In this document: positions 7,893 to 15,292 of the stretch, in pieces
How positions within the stretch are numbered: position 1 is the first letter of the stretch
Layout of the letters: each line of letters starts with the position of its first letter
From: a bacterium
Lineage (GTDB): Archaea; Nanobdellota; Nanobdellia; Pacearchaeales; GW2011-AR1
DNA: 32,000 nucleotides
Reading direction: 5' to 3'
Assembly: GCA_036787775.1 (NCBI GenBank)
Contig: DAIQOR010000005.1
Location: forward strand, 12,289-44,288
Position numbers and translations under genes: made by a program
Notes under the pieces: model-generated
What the model was told of the DNA's origin: nothing
The model's database searches: none
The model's input: the letters and a program-made list of their open reading frames with translations, nothing else

Positions 7893-8093
7893 TCATTTAT
7901 GTCTAAAAACCAAAAGCACTCCAATAAAAGTCAAAATTAAAATAGCACCTGAAATTAAATTAGAATTTTCTAAAGATAAAATACCAATCGCGTTCCCCGT
8001 AATCGTCGGAGTAAAAAAGAAAAACGCCAACAAAACCGAAGCCACAACAACTGCCAAAAGCCCCGAACATCTTTGAGAACATCTCTTCACCAT
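7893..8093 (-). CDS. small two-TM membrane protein
   Basis: 66 aa with two hydrophobic segments. A TATA-like aaaatttaaaaa (minus sense) lies about 27 nt upstream. Confidence 0.4.
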   Translation of the reverse strand: MVKRCSQRCSGLLAVVVASVLLAFFFFTPTITGNAIGILSLENSNLISGAILILTFIGVLLVFRHK

Positions 8094-8169
8094 TACACAT
8101 TCAAGAACCCGGCATTTTTAAATTTTCGCAATCCAAAAACTTAATAATCCCTTATTCCCTCACTAACTC

Positions 8170-9552
8170 ATGTTAGAAAAACTCGGAGAAGTTCTAAGAA
8201 AAGCAACGGACAAAATAGCGAACGCAATCTTTCTTGACAAAAATCTTGTTGACACAATCGTGAGAGAATTACAAAGAGCCTTAATAGAAGCCGACGTGAG
8301 CATCCCCTTAGTAAAAGAAATCTCAGACAAAATAAAAAAAACAGCACTCGACGAAAGAATAAAAGAAATCGACAAAAAAGAACACCTCATAAAATTACTC
8401 CACGACGAATTGGTAAAAATCCTCGGAGAATACAAACAACTCAAACTCCAGCCCAAACAAAACAGAATAATGTTATTAGGTTTATACGGAGCGGGTAAAA
8501 CCACTACAATTTCAAAGCTCGGAAACTACTACGCCAAGCGAGGAAACAAAGTCGCGTTAGTCGGATTGGACGTTCATCGACCAGCCGCGAAAGAACAATT
8601 AAAACAATTAGCTGAAAGAAATAAATTAAATGTTTTCGTCGACATGGAAGAAAACGACGCGGTAAAAACTTGGAAAAAATTCGAGCCCAAATTAAAAGAT
8701 TATGATTTAATTTTAATTGATACCGCTGGACGACACAATTTAGATAAAGAATTAGTTACAGAAATAAAAGAATTAGGAAAACAAATCAAACCAACAGAAA
8801 TAATTTTGGTAATGCCTGCAGATATCGGGCAAGCCGCTAAACAACAAGCTCAAGATTTCAAAAAAGCCCTGAACATTTCCGGAGTTATAATCACAAGAAT
8901 GGATTCAACCGCGAAAGGTGGAGGCGCTTTAACCGCGTGTGCAGAAACCGGCGCATCAGTTTACTTCATCGCCAACGGAGAAAAAATAAACGACCTCGAA
9001 GAATTCAACCCCCAAGCTTTCTTATCTCGACTTCTCGGAATGGGCGACTTACAATCTCTAATTGAAAAAATAAAATCCGTCACCGACGAAGGCAAACAAG
9101 AGAAAATGCAAAAGAAATTGGAAGAAGGAAAACTTTCCCTTGAAGATGTCGTTGAACAAGTTAAATCAATGGGACAACTTGGAGGATTTGATAAAATTAA
9201 AGGAATGATTCCGGGATTAGGCAAAGCAAAAATTCCAGAAAACATGCTCGGCGCCCAAGAAGAAAAAATAGCCAAATGGGAACACATAATTAAATCAATG
9301 ACAAAAGAAGAAAAAGAAAACCCTGAACTTCTAAGCGACAAAAAAACAGGAAACTCGAGGATAAACAGAATTTCAAAAGGTGCTGGAGTAAACAACAGCG
9401 ACATAAAATCTCTAATAAAACAATATGATATGTTGAATGACATGATGAAAGGTGGAATGGGAAACATGGACCCTTCACAAATGATGAACCCTAAACAACT
9501 TCAAAAAATGATGAAGAAGTTTGGTGGAAAGAAATTGAGGAAGTTTCGGTAA
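8170..9552 (+). CDS. srp54: signal recognition particle protein SRP54
   Basis: 460 aa. Motifs seen: GLYGAGKTTT, DTAGR and ITRMDSTAKGG, followed by a Met-rich M domain (MLNDMMKGGMGNMDPSQMMNPKQLQKMMKKF). Confidence 0.95.
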   Translation: MLEKLGEVLRKATDKIANAIFLDKNLVDTIVRELQRALIEADVSIPLVKEISDKIKKTALDERIKEIDKKEHLIKLLHDELVKILGEYKQLKLQPKQNRIMLLGLYGAGKTTTISKLGNYYAKRGNKVALVGLDVHRPAAKEQLKQLAERNKLNVFVDMEENDAVKTWKKFEPKLKDYDLILIDTAGRHNLDKELVTEIKELGKQIKPTEIILVMPADIGQAAKQQAQDFKKALNISGVIITRMDSTAKGGGALTACAETGASVYFIANGEKINDLEEFNPQAFLSRLLGMGDLQSLIEKIKSVTDEGKQEKMQKKLEEGKLSLEDVVEQVKSMGQLGGFDKIKGMIPGLGKAKIPENMLGAQEEKIAKWEHIIKSMTKEEKENPELLSDKKTGNSRINRISKGAGVNNSDIKSLIKQYDMLNDMMKGGMGNMDPSQMMNPKQLQKMMKKFGGKKLRKFR

Positions 9553-9566
9553 TTAATCTTTCTTGA

Positions 9567-10346
9567 TTAAAAAGAAAACCTGAACCCAAATTCCATTCCA
9601 TAACTACCAATATCTATTTTTGTATCTCCTTCCCCAATATTCACTGAACTATATTTAAGTTGAAGATAAGCAAAAGATTCAAACCCGACCATGCTCATGA
9701 ACCCCGTTCCAGAATCACTAAAATCTTCTGAAATTGAAGTATTATCCATACAATATCTTTTAATTAAACAACTACCATCTCTCACCTCGCCATCAATACT
9801 TTCCTTAACGGTCGCATTTACCAACCCTCCTCCAAAATAAATCTTAAAATCATCTTTAATCTTATGAGTATAAACTCCCAAAAATTCAAGTTGAGTGATA
9901 GTCAAACTTGCTTCATCAATAACATAATCACCAAAATCCTCATCTCTGATTATATTATTTGAATAATTAAGCCCCATTTCAAACCGAAACCTCGGATCAA
10001 AATTATACCCAGAAGAAATTCTAAATCCAGTTTGATCCCCATAAAATTTATCTATATCACTATCATTAAATTTCCCCAAAGGAGAAACCCCAAAAGAAAT
10101 GTGAGCTTTTTTTCTATTTTCATCTTCAGAATTTTGTGCTTCAGTTTTATTTGAATAATTAACATTTGTTCTCTGATCCTCGGGCACAACAGCTTCATCT
10201 GAACTCTCAACATATCCCTCCGGAGCATCAGTTCTAAAAGGCATTATCAAACTTCTATCTCCAGCAGAAGCACTCGGCAAATAACTAACAACACCAATCG
10301 CTCCAGCAACACCGACACTTAATAATTTCTTAACTAATCCATTCAT
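9567..10346 (-). CDS. secreted protein resembling a bacterial 8-stranded outer-membrane beta-barrel (OmpA/OmpW/PF13505-like)
   Basis: The track ORF is 9567..10367 with a non-ATG start. The likely start is the internal ATG (MNGLVKKLLSVGVAGAIGVVSYLPSASA/GD, a signal peptide), because a shared TATA box lies at about 10369-10376. The protein shows repeated amphipathic strands (FRFEMGLNYS, LEFLGVYTHKI, FKIYFGGGLVNA, FAYLQLKYSS) and ends in ...YGMEFGFRFSF, a terminal aromatic signature. Confidence 0.5.
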   Translation of the reverse strand: MNGLVKKLLSVGVAGAIGVVSYLPSASAGDRSLIMPFRTDAPEGYVESSDEAVVPEDQRTNVNYSNKTEAQNSEDENRKKAHISFGVSPLGKFNDSDIDKFYGDQTGFRISSGYNFDPRFRFEMGLNYSNNIIRDEDFGDYVIDEASLTITQLEFLGVYTHKIKDDFKIYFGGGLVNATVKESIDGEVRDGSCLIKRYCMDNTSISEDFSDSGTGFMSMVGFESFAYLQLKYSSVNIGEGDTKIDIGSYGMEFGFRFSF

Positions 10347-10368
10347 AAAATAAAAAAAATAAAACACT

Positions 10369-10376
10369 ATTTAAAC
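10369..10376. promoter_or_regulatory. shared TATA element between the divergent OMP-like gene and bud32
   Basis: tatttaaa is centred about 24-26 nt from both the Bud32 ATG (10397) and the internal ATG of the minus-strand gene. Confidence 0.45.
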
Positions 10377-10396
10377 ATAATTATATTCAAAAATAT

Positions 10397-11005
10397 ATGA
10401 CATCCAAAACAATAGCCCAAGGAGCCGAAGCAAAAATATTTCTATCAGAAAATTTAATCACCAAGGACAGAATCCCAAAATCTTACAGAATCCCCGAACT
10501 AGACAACATGCTTCGTAAAAGACGAACAAAATCCGAAACAAAACTTTTAATCAAAGCATCAAAAATTATCCCCACTCCAATACCTCAAGAATCAAAAGAA
10601 TTCGACAAAATAATAATGCCTTTCATCGACGGAAAAAAACTCTCCAAACATCTCAACACATTTCCTCTTGCAAAACAAAAACAAATTCTAAAACAAATCG
10701 GAAACTCAGTCGCAAAACTCCACAACGCAGACATAATCCACGGCGACCTCACAACAAGTAATATGATTTTATCACAAGAAAAAAAAATTTTCTTCATAGA
10801 CTTCGGACTCGGATACGAAAGCAGAAAAAACGAAGACAAAGCCGTCGACATTCATTTACTAAAACAAGCCCTCGAAGCAAAACATTTCAAAAGCGGGGAA
10901 ACACTTTTCAAAGAATTTAAAAAAGGATATTCAAAATCAAAAGATTCCAAAATAATTTTCAAAAGATTAAACGCCGTTGAAAAGAGAGGGAGATATAAAC
11001 ATTAA
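10397..11005 (+). CDS. bud32: Kae1-associated serine/threonine kinase Bud32 (KEOPS subunit)
   Basis: 202 aa. It has QGAEAKI (the Gly-loop equivalent), the catalytic HGDLTTSNMIL and IDFGLG, and a small RIO-like size. Confidence 0.85.
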   Translation: MTSKTIAQGAEAKIFLSENLITKDRIPKSYRIPELDNMLRKRRTKSETKLLIKASKIIPTPIPQESKEFDKIIMPFIDGKKLSKHLNTFPLAKQKQILKQIGNSVAKLHNADIIHGDLTTSNMILSQEKKIFFIDFGLGYESRKNEDKAVDIHLLKQALEAKHFKSGETLFKEFKKGYSKSKDSKIIFKRLNAVEKRGRYKH

Positions 11006-11007
11006 AC

Positions 11008-11679
11008 TTAAAATACACTTCTTTCAGTTAATAATCTTGTACTAAATCTTTTCTCGAGCATATTACAAACATCTAAAACAACATTACCTAAACATCTCTG
11101 TTTATTAAAATCAACTCTCCCAAGATTAATCCAACCTTCCCCAAATTTTCTTTCACCAACATAGGAATTAATATCTCCAATGGAATAAATCCATTCAACA
11201 AAATGCCTATCTATTAAAGAATCAGGAACAATAGATAAGGTATTTACATCACTACCATCAATTTCCATTTTAGCATCCAAATATAAAAGAGAAATAGAAT
11301 TCCTTTGAGAATTCGGGAGTAAAAAACATTCATGAAAAACACCTATATTTTTCCAAATATCATTTTCCTTTAAAGAAACATCATAAGGAGATAACACAAA
11401 AGAAACAGCGTCATAAAGATTAGGATTAGATTCTGCTTTTCTCAAAACTTCTCCAATAAACGAATTGTCATTCTTCGGTTGAAGTATAATTCTCCCCCCA
11501 TATTTAAATTCAAAAGGGTGTTCTTTATGAACTTTCAACAATTGAAATGTTGGAAAATAAACACTCCCTTCATAAGGGGAGTCTTCAAAACAAAAAGACT
11601 TTCTTCCTTTTGTTAAAACAAATCCTTCTTTAATATCTTGACTATAATGAGCAAGTTCGCCATCAATTTGTTCCCACAT
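11008..11679 (-). CDS. hypothetical protein (ORFan cassette 2 next to tRNA-Leu)
   Basis: 223-aa ORF with no family recognised. It has its own TATA-like box about 27 nt upstream, inside repeat unit X. Confidence 0.5.
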   Translation of the reverse strand: MWEQIDGELAHYSQDIKEGFVLTKGRKSFCFEDSPYEGSVYFPTFQLLKVHKEHPFEFKYGGRIILQPKNDNSFIGEVLRKAESNPNLYDAVSFVLSPYDVSLKENDIWKNIGVFHECFLLPNSQRNSISLLYLDAKMEIDGSDVNTLSIVPDSLIDRHFVEWIYSIGDINSYVGERKFGEGWINLGRVDFNKQRCLGNVVLDVCNMLEKRFSTRLLTERSVF

Positions 11680-11700
11680 AACTAAAAAAGAAAATTCAAG

Positions 11701-11770
11701 TTTATATTAATTTGTCTCTAAGAAAATATATTTCAAAATGCGAGAGATAGATTAAAAGTCGTTGAGAAGC
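11701..11770 (-). repeat. repeat unit X (promoter-like AT-rich part plus aaatgcgagagata..., homologous to the tRNA-Leu 3' end and flank)
   Basis: tttatattaatttgtctctaagaaaatata....aaatgcgagagatagattaaaagtcgttgagaa aligns with tttataataatttatcttctaaagaatataaatgcggaagacaaattaggcgtcgtgaacaa at 12059-12125. Confidence 0.6.
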
Positions 11771-11786
11771 ATGGAAGATATAATGG

Positions 11787-12038
11787 TTAATTATCCAAAA
11801 TGGAATCAATTACCTGAACTAATTTAGAATCTTTAACTCTTAATTTCATTCCATCCTTTAAAGGAATGCAAACAGAAAACATCCTTCTATTTTCATCAAG
11901 AGAAGTTCTACTTCCATCATCTATTGTAAGTTCTTCATAACCATTATATCCATGAACTTGGTAACCTTCCTCTTTCACGCTTGGCAATAAAGAAACCCAT
12001 TCTTCCTGACTTAAAACATATTCAGTGATTCTTTTCAT
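11787..12038 (-). CDS. hypothetical protein (ORFan cassette 1 next to tRNA-Leu)
   Basis: 83-aa ORF bracketed by repeat units X and Y. A TATA-like box lies about 28 nt upstream, inside unit Y. Confidence 0.45.
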   Translation of the reverse strand: MKRITEYVLSQEEWVSLLPSVKEEGYQVHGYNGYEELTIDDGSRTSLDENRRMFSVCIPLKDGMKLRVKDSKLVQVIDSILDN

Positions 12039-12058
12039 AAAAAATATCTTTTAATATA

Positions 12059-12174
12059 CTTTATAATAATTTATCTTCTAAAGAATATAAATGCGGAAGA
12101 CAAATTAGGCGTCGTGAACAAATCACTCGCTCGTCCTCCCAAGCGTGGTAGAACGAAACCAACGTAAGCACTAA
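12059..12174 (-). repeat. repeat unit Y, containing an orphan tRNA-Leu 3' fragment whose T-arm is replaced by a ~60-nt GC-rich segment
   Basis: atgcggaagaca (12091-12102) and cgtaagcactaa (12163-12174) are identical to the acceptor 3' strand and variable-arm segments of the intact tRNA-Leu (12243-12254 and 12269-12280). Between them lies aattaggcgtcgtgaacaaatcactcgctcgtcctcccaagcgtggtagaacgaaaccaa where the tRNA has ggattcgaacctg. Confidence 0.7.
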
Positions 12175-12244
12175 AAAATATTTTTTAAATTAAACGATTT
12201 TGCAAATTGAAATCCTTCGGATTAATCTTATTTACAATAAGATA

Positions 12245-12328
12245 TGCGGAAGACAGGATTCGAACCTGCGTAAGCACTAAGCTACAAGAGCCTTAATCTT
12301 GCCCGTTTGACCACTCCGGCACCCCCGC
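12245..12328 (-). tRNA. tRNA-Leu (type II, long variable arm)
   Basis: The minus strand reads GCGGGGGTGCCGGAGTGGTCAAACGGGCAAGATTAAGGCTCTTGTAGCTTAGTGCTTACGCAGGTTCGAATCCTGTCTTCCGCA. Hand fold: acceptor GCGGGGG/CTTCCGC (two G-U pairs), anticodon stem CAAGA/TCTTG, loop UUAAGGC, T-arm GCAGG-TTCGAAT-CCTGT, and a 15-nt variable arm. Canonical numbering gives anticodon AAG; a one-base misread of the loop would give UAA. No CCA is encoded. Confidence 0.85.
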
Positions 12329-12410
12329 ATAATATTATAGAATTTTAACAATTTTTAAGTTTATGCTTAATCAAAAGTCTTATAAATTATTCATCGCTAA
12401 CATAATTTAG

Positions 12411-12483
12411 AGCCCCGTAGTACAGCGGTCAAGTATACTGGCCTTTGAAGCCAGTGACCCCAGTTCGAATCTGGGCGGGGCTA
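12411..12483 (+). tRNA. tRNA-Gln (UUG)
   Basis: AGCCCCGTAGTACAGCGGTCAAGTATACTGGCCTTTGAAGCCAGTGACCCCAGTTCGAATCTGGGCGGGGCTA. Hand fold: A1-U72 acceptor (typical of archaeal Gln), anticodon stem CTGGC/GCCAG, loop CUUUGAA, and T-arm CCCAG-TTCGAAT-CTGGG. Confidence 0.9.
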
Positions 12484-12576
12484 TTTCTATTAGATGAGAA
12501 CTTCGAATCCGAGCAACTCTGAAATTTCTAATAAATGAGCAACAAAAATAAAAAACGAATTTAAAGAAGATTTCAC

Positions 12577-12601
12577 GAGTTGGGAGTCGGGCGGAGCTAT
12601 T
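12577..12601 (+). repeat. decayed copy of the tRNA-Gln 3' end
   Basis: gagttgggagtcgggcggagctatt versus cagttcgaatctggggcggggctatt-like tRNA sequence at 12461-12485, matching at about 18 of 25 positions. It is a GC-rich island in AT-rich spacer. A second T-loop-like relic, cttcgaatccgag, lies at about 12501-12514. Confidence 0.5.
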
Positions 12602-12607
12602 CAAAAA

Positions 12608-13408
12608 TTAATCCCTAAACAATCTGCTGTAATAAATCTCCCGATTCAACGTTTGTTTGTCCGGCCTCATTTTCTTAAAAATATCTTTAATTCTTTTTGG
12701 CTTGTGTGCCTCACCAATCAAAGTTCCAGCCAATTTTTTATACTCGACGCTCGCCTCGGATTTCGGTTTAAAATAAGTCAACGGGACAGACTTAGACAAA
12801 GCTTTCAAAATGTTAATGTCCTCGGGAATAACGGCCATAACTGGCACATCCGAAGTCGTCTCAATATCTTTCAAAGACAACTCAAAATTCTTATTCCGCA
12901 CTTTATTCAAAATCAAACCAATAATCGGAGTGCCCCTTTTCCTCGCCATGTTCACTGCCTTAATAGTGGTCCCTAAAGTAGGAACATCTGGAGTAGTCAC
13001 AACCAAAAGCTCGTCAGAAGCCAACATCGCTGCATAAGTTTCATCATTCATCGAAGGCGAAGTATCAATTAAAACATAATCATATTTATTTTTCCAGTAA
13101 CTTAATTTATCTTTTAACTTGTAAGGATTAATTTCTTTAGGATAATTCATCGACGCTGGAAGCACATGAAACCGCTCACCAAAATCATAAATCGCGTCAG
13201 AAATATTCGCGACCCTATCCAAAACATCATGAATCGTAACCTCAGGATTAATAATATTCAAATGCATTCCCAAATTTGGTGCAGAAAAATTCGCATCCAC
13301 CAAAAGCACTTTCTTACCCAAGCTCGCAATCGCATCACCCAACGCAACAACGCTCGAAGTCTTCCCGACACCACCCTTCAAACTAAACACACCAATACTT
13401 TTCCCCAT
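12608..13408 (-). CDS. MinD/ParA-family P-loop ATPase
   Basis: 266 aa with the deviant Walker A SLKGGVGKTS, then LLVDAN and a Walker B-like YVLIDTSP. A TATA-like box (about 13429-13440) lies 26 nt upstream. Confidence 0.8.
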   Translation of the reverse strand: MGKSIGVFSLKGGVGKTSSVVALGDAIASLGKKVLLVDANFSAPNLGMHLNIINPEVTIHDVLDRVANISDAIYDFGERFHVLPASMNYPKEINPYKLKDKLSYWKNKYDYVLIDTSPSMNDETYAAMLASDELLVVTTPDVPTLGTTIKAVNMARKRGTPIIGLILNKVRNKNFELSLKDIETTSDVPVMAVIPEDINILKALSKSVPLTYFKPKSEASVEYKKLAGTLIGEAHKPKRIKDIFKKMRPDKQTLNREIYYSRLFRD

Positions 13409-13499
13409 TAAAAAAACACGAAATCTATCTTTAAATATTTTTCACAACCAAAAAATCCAGCATAGTAACCTTTAAAAAACAACTTTAATTTCATATATT

Positions 13500-13895
13500 A
13501 TGCCTAAGAAAAAAACAACTGAAGCAAAAGAAAAACCTGTAGAGAAAGTTGCTAAACAAAAAAAATTATCTCAGCCAGATTACGAGAAAAAAGTAATTGA
13601 ATTAGCCGAAGGCGGAATGACTTCTGAAAAAATCGGAGAAGAGTTAAGAAGGCAAGGCTCGCATCCCCAAGAATACAATAAAAAAATATCAGAAATTCTT
13701 AGAGAGAAAAATTTATACCAAGATCCAGAATTAAAAAACATAGAGAAAAAATTAGCAGGCGTTGAAAAACATTATGACAAAAATCATCAAGACAAAAGAG
13801 CAAAGAGAGAAAAAGACAGATTATTTTCACATTTAAGAAAAATCAAGAAATATTTAGGCGTTGAGATAGTGAAGAAAAAAAAGAAAAAGAAATAA
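13500..13895 (+). CDS. rps15: 30S ribosomal protein S15 (uS15)
   Basis: 131 aa. MTSEKIGEELRRQ, KKISEILREKNL and LAGVEKHYDKNHQDKRAKREKDRLFSHLRKIKKYL match the archaeal S15/S13e helices, followed by a poly-Lys tail. The TATA box tttaaaaa (13471-13478) lies 25 nt upstream. Confidence 0.8.
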   Translation: MPKKKTTEAKEKPVEKVAKQKKLSQPDYEKKVIELAEGGMTSEKIGEELRRQGSHPQEYNKKISEILREKNLYQDPELKNIEKKLAGVEKHYDKNHQDKRAKREKDRLFSHLRKIKKYLGVEIVKKKKKKK

Positions 13896-13914
13896 TTAAA
13901 TTAATTTTATTCAA

Positions 13915-15249
13915 ATGGAAAAAAGAGGTAATTTAGATTCACAAATAGAAGTGGTGTCAAAGAAATTTTTAGAACTTTCTGAAGATAAAGAAATTTTCGT
14001 AGTGAGCCACTTCGACACCGACGGCATAACCTCCGCAACAATTCTGTTAAAAACTTTAAGAAAACTTGATAAAAAATTTTCTATAAAGATTATAAAAAGT
14101 TTAGAAAAAAAATTTATACAAACCATTCCAAAAAACAAGCTCATAGTTTTTTTAGATTTAGCTTCAAGTAATTTAGACACCATCGCAGAATCCGGGCTTG
14201 AGGACGTATTCGTAATAGACCACCACGAAGTCACCCAAGAAGTTCCAACAAATGTTCATATAATAAATCCAGAATTATGTGAAGGCCAAAGAATAAGTGG
14301 CTCAGGGGTGACTTATCTTTTCTGCAAACAATTATATCCGGAAATTTTTGACTTAGAAAAACTCGCAATACTTGGAATGATTGGCGACATGCTCGAAAAA
14401 GAAATCGATCAATTAAATCATAACATTGTCAATCAAGGAGAAATCAAAAAAAAACGAGGACTCCTAATTTACCCGTCGACAAGACCATTAAATCGAACAC
14501 TTGAATACAATTCAAATCCATATATTCCGGGAGTAACCGGCAACATAAAAGGAGTTTTAGAATTATTGCGAGAATGCGGTTTAAACCCAGAACGAGGAAA
14601 ATACAAAAGTTTAATTGAACTCACCGACGAAGAAATGGGAAAACTCGTGACAGCAATCATGCTTCGAAATCCAAAATCGCGAAACAAAGAAATAATCGGA
14701 GACATTTTTTTACTAAAATTTTTCAATAAATTAGAAGACGCGAGAGAATTAAGTGCGATGATAAACGCCTGCTCAAAATTTGGCGAAAGCGAAACCGCAA
14801 TACAATTTTGCATGGGACTCTCTTCCGCAAAAAAGAAAGCCGAAGCAATCCACATAAAATACAAACAACTTTTAATTTCCGGATTAAAATACGTCACAGA
14901 AATAGAAAAAATCGAAGGCCGAGGATTCACGATAATCAACGCAAAAGAAAACATAAAAGACACAATGATTGGAACAATCACAAGCATCCTCTCAAACTCA
15001 TCACTCTACGAAGAAGGCACAATAATAATTGCCTTAGCATATTATGACGACAAAATAAAAATTTCCGCAAGAAACGTTGGAAATGAAGGAAGAAACGTGC
15101 GAGAAGTTCTAAGCAAAGTTATGCTCAACCTCGGCGGAGAAGTCGGAGGTCACAAATTCGCAGCAGGATGCCTAATCCAAAGAGAACAAGAACAAGAATT
15201 CATCGACGGATTAAAAAGAAATCTAGAAATTGAGATGGTAAAGATTTAA
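13915..15249 (+). CDS. DHH/DHHA1 phosphoesterase, archaeal RecJ/Cdc45-like (GAN-type)
   Basis: 444 aa. Motifs seen: SHFDTDGITS (DHH motif I), VIDHH (motif III) and GGHKFAAG (DHHA1). It is adjacent to rps15, a neighbourhood I recall as common for archaeal RecJ homologues. Confidence 0.8.
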   Translation: MEKRGNLDSQIEVVSKKFLELSEDKEIFVVSHFDTDGITSATILLKTLRKLDKKFSIKIIKSLEKKFIQTIPKNKLIVFLDLASSNLDTIAESGLEDVFVIDHHEVTQEVPTNVHIINPELCEGQRISGSGVTYLFCKQLYPEIFDLEKLAILGMIGDMLEKEIDQLNHNIVNQGEIKKKRGLLIYPSTRPLNRTLEYNSNPYIPGVTGNIKGVLELLRECGLNPERGKYKSLIELTDEEMGKLVTAIMLRNPKSRNKEIIGDIFLLKFFNKLEDARELSAMINACSKFGESETAIQFCMGLSSAKKKAEAIHIKYKQLLISGLKYVTEIEKIEGRGFTIINAKENIKDTMIGTITSILSNSSLYEEGTIIIALAYYDDKIKISARNVGNEGRNVREVLSKVMLNLGGEVGGHKFAAGCLIQREQEQEFIDGLKRNLEIEMVKI

Positions 15250-15292
15250 ATTTCCCATCCCAAAACTTTAAAACCTCTTCTTATTTTCTTAA

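Noticed and set aside
10318-10322. When I counted bases by hand, an apparent extra T near 10320 seemed to break the 9567..10367 ORF.
   Set aside because: The supplied ORF track shows a continuous 266-aa ORF, and the neighbouring check points (9552, 10397) are consistent. This is most likely my own character-level miscount in a T/A run, so I do not report it as a frameshift.
12489-12545. Possible C/D-box sRNA downstream of tRNA-Gln: agatgaga ... ctga ... aatgagc.
   Set aside because: The C box is imperfect (AGAUGA rather than RUGAUGA). No proper C'/D' pair or terminal D box sits at the right spacing, and no terminal stem is present. A decayed tRNA fragment explains it better.
12407-12604. Track ORF 12407..12604(-), 65 aa.
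   Set aside because: It runs antisense across the tRNA-Gln gene and its downstream relics. The open frame is explained by the GC-rich tRNA sequence.
12653-13411. Plus-strand ORFs 12653..12976, 12810..13037 and 13166..13411.
   Set aside because: They are antisense to the MinD/ParA-like gene, which has a clear deviant Walker A motif.
13866-13895. Poly-A/Lys tract at the end of rps15 (KKKKKKK), considered as a possible slippery or phase-variable homopolymer.
   Set aside because: It is interrupted by G residues (aaaaaaaagaaaaagaaataa) and lies at the extreme C-terminus. Lys-rich tails are common in ribosomal proteins of AT-rich genomes.
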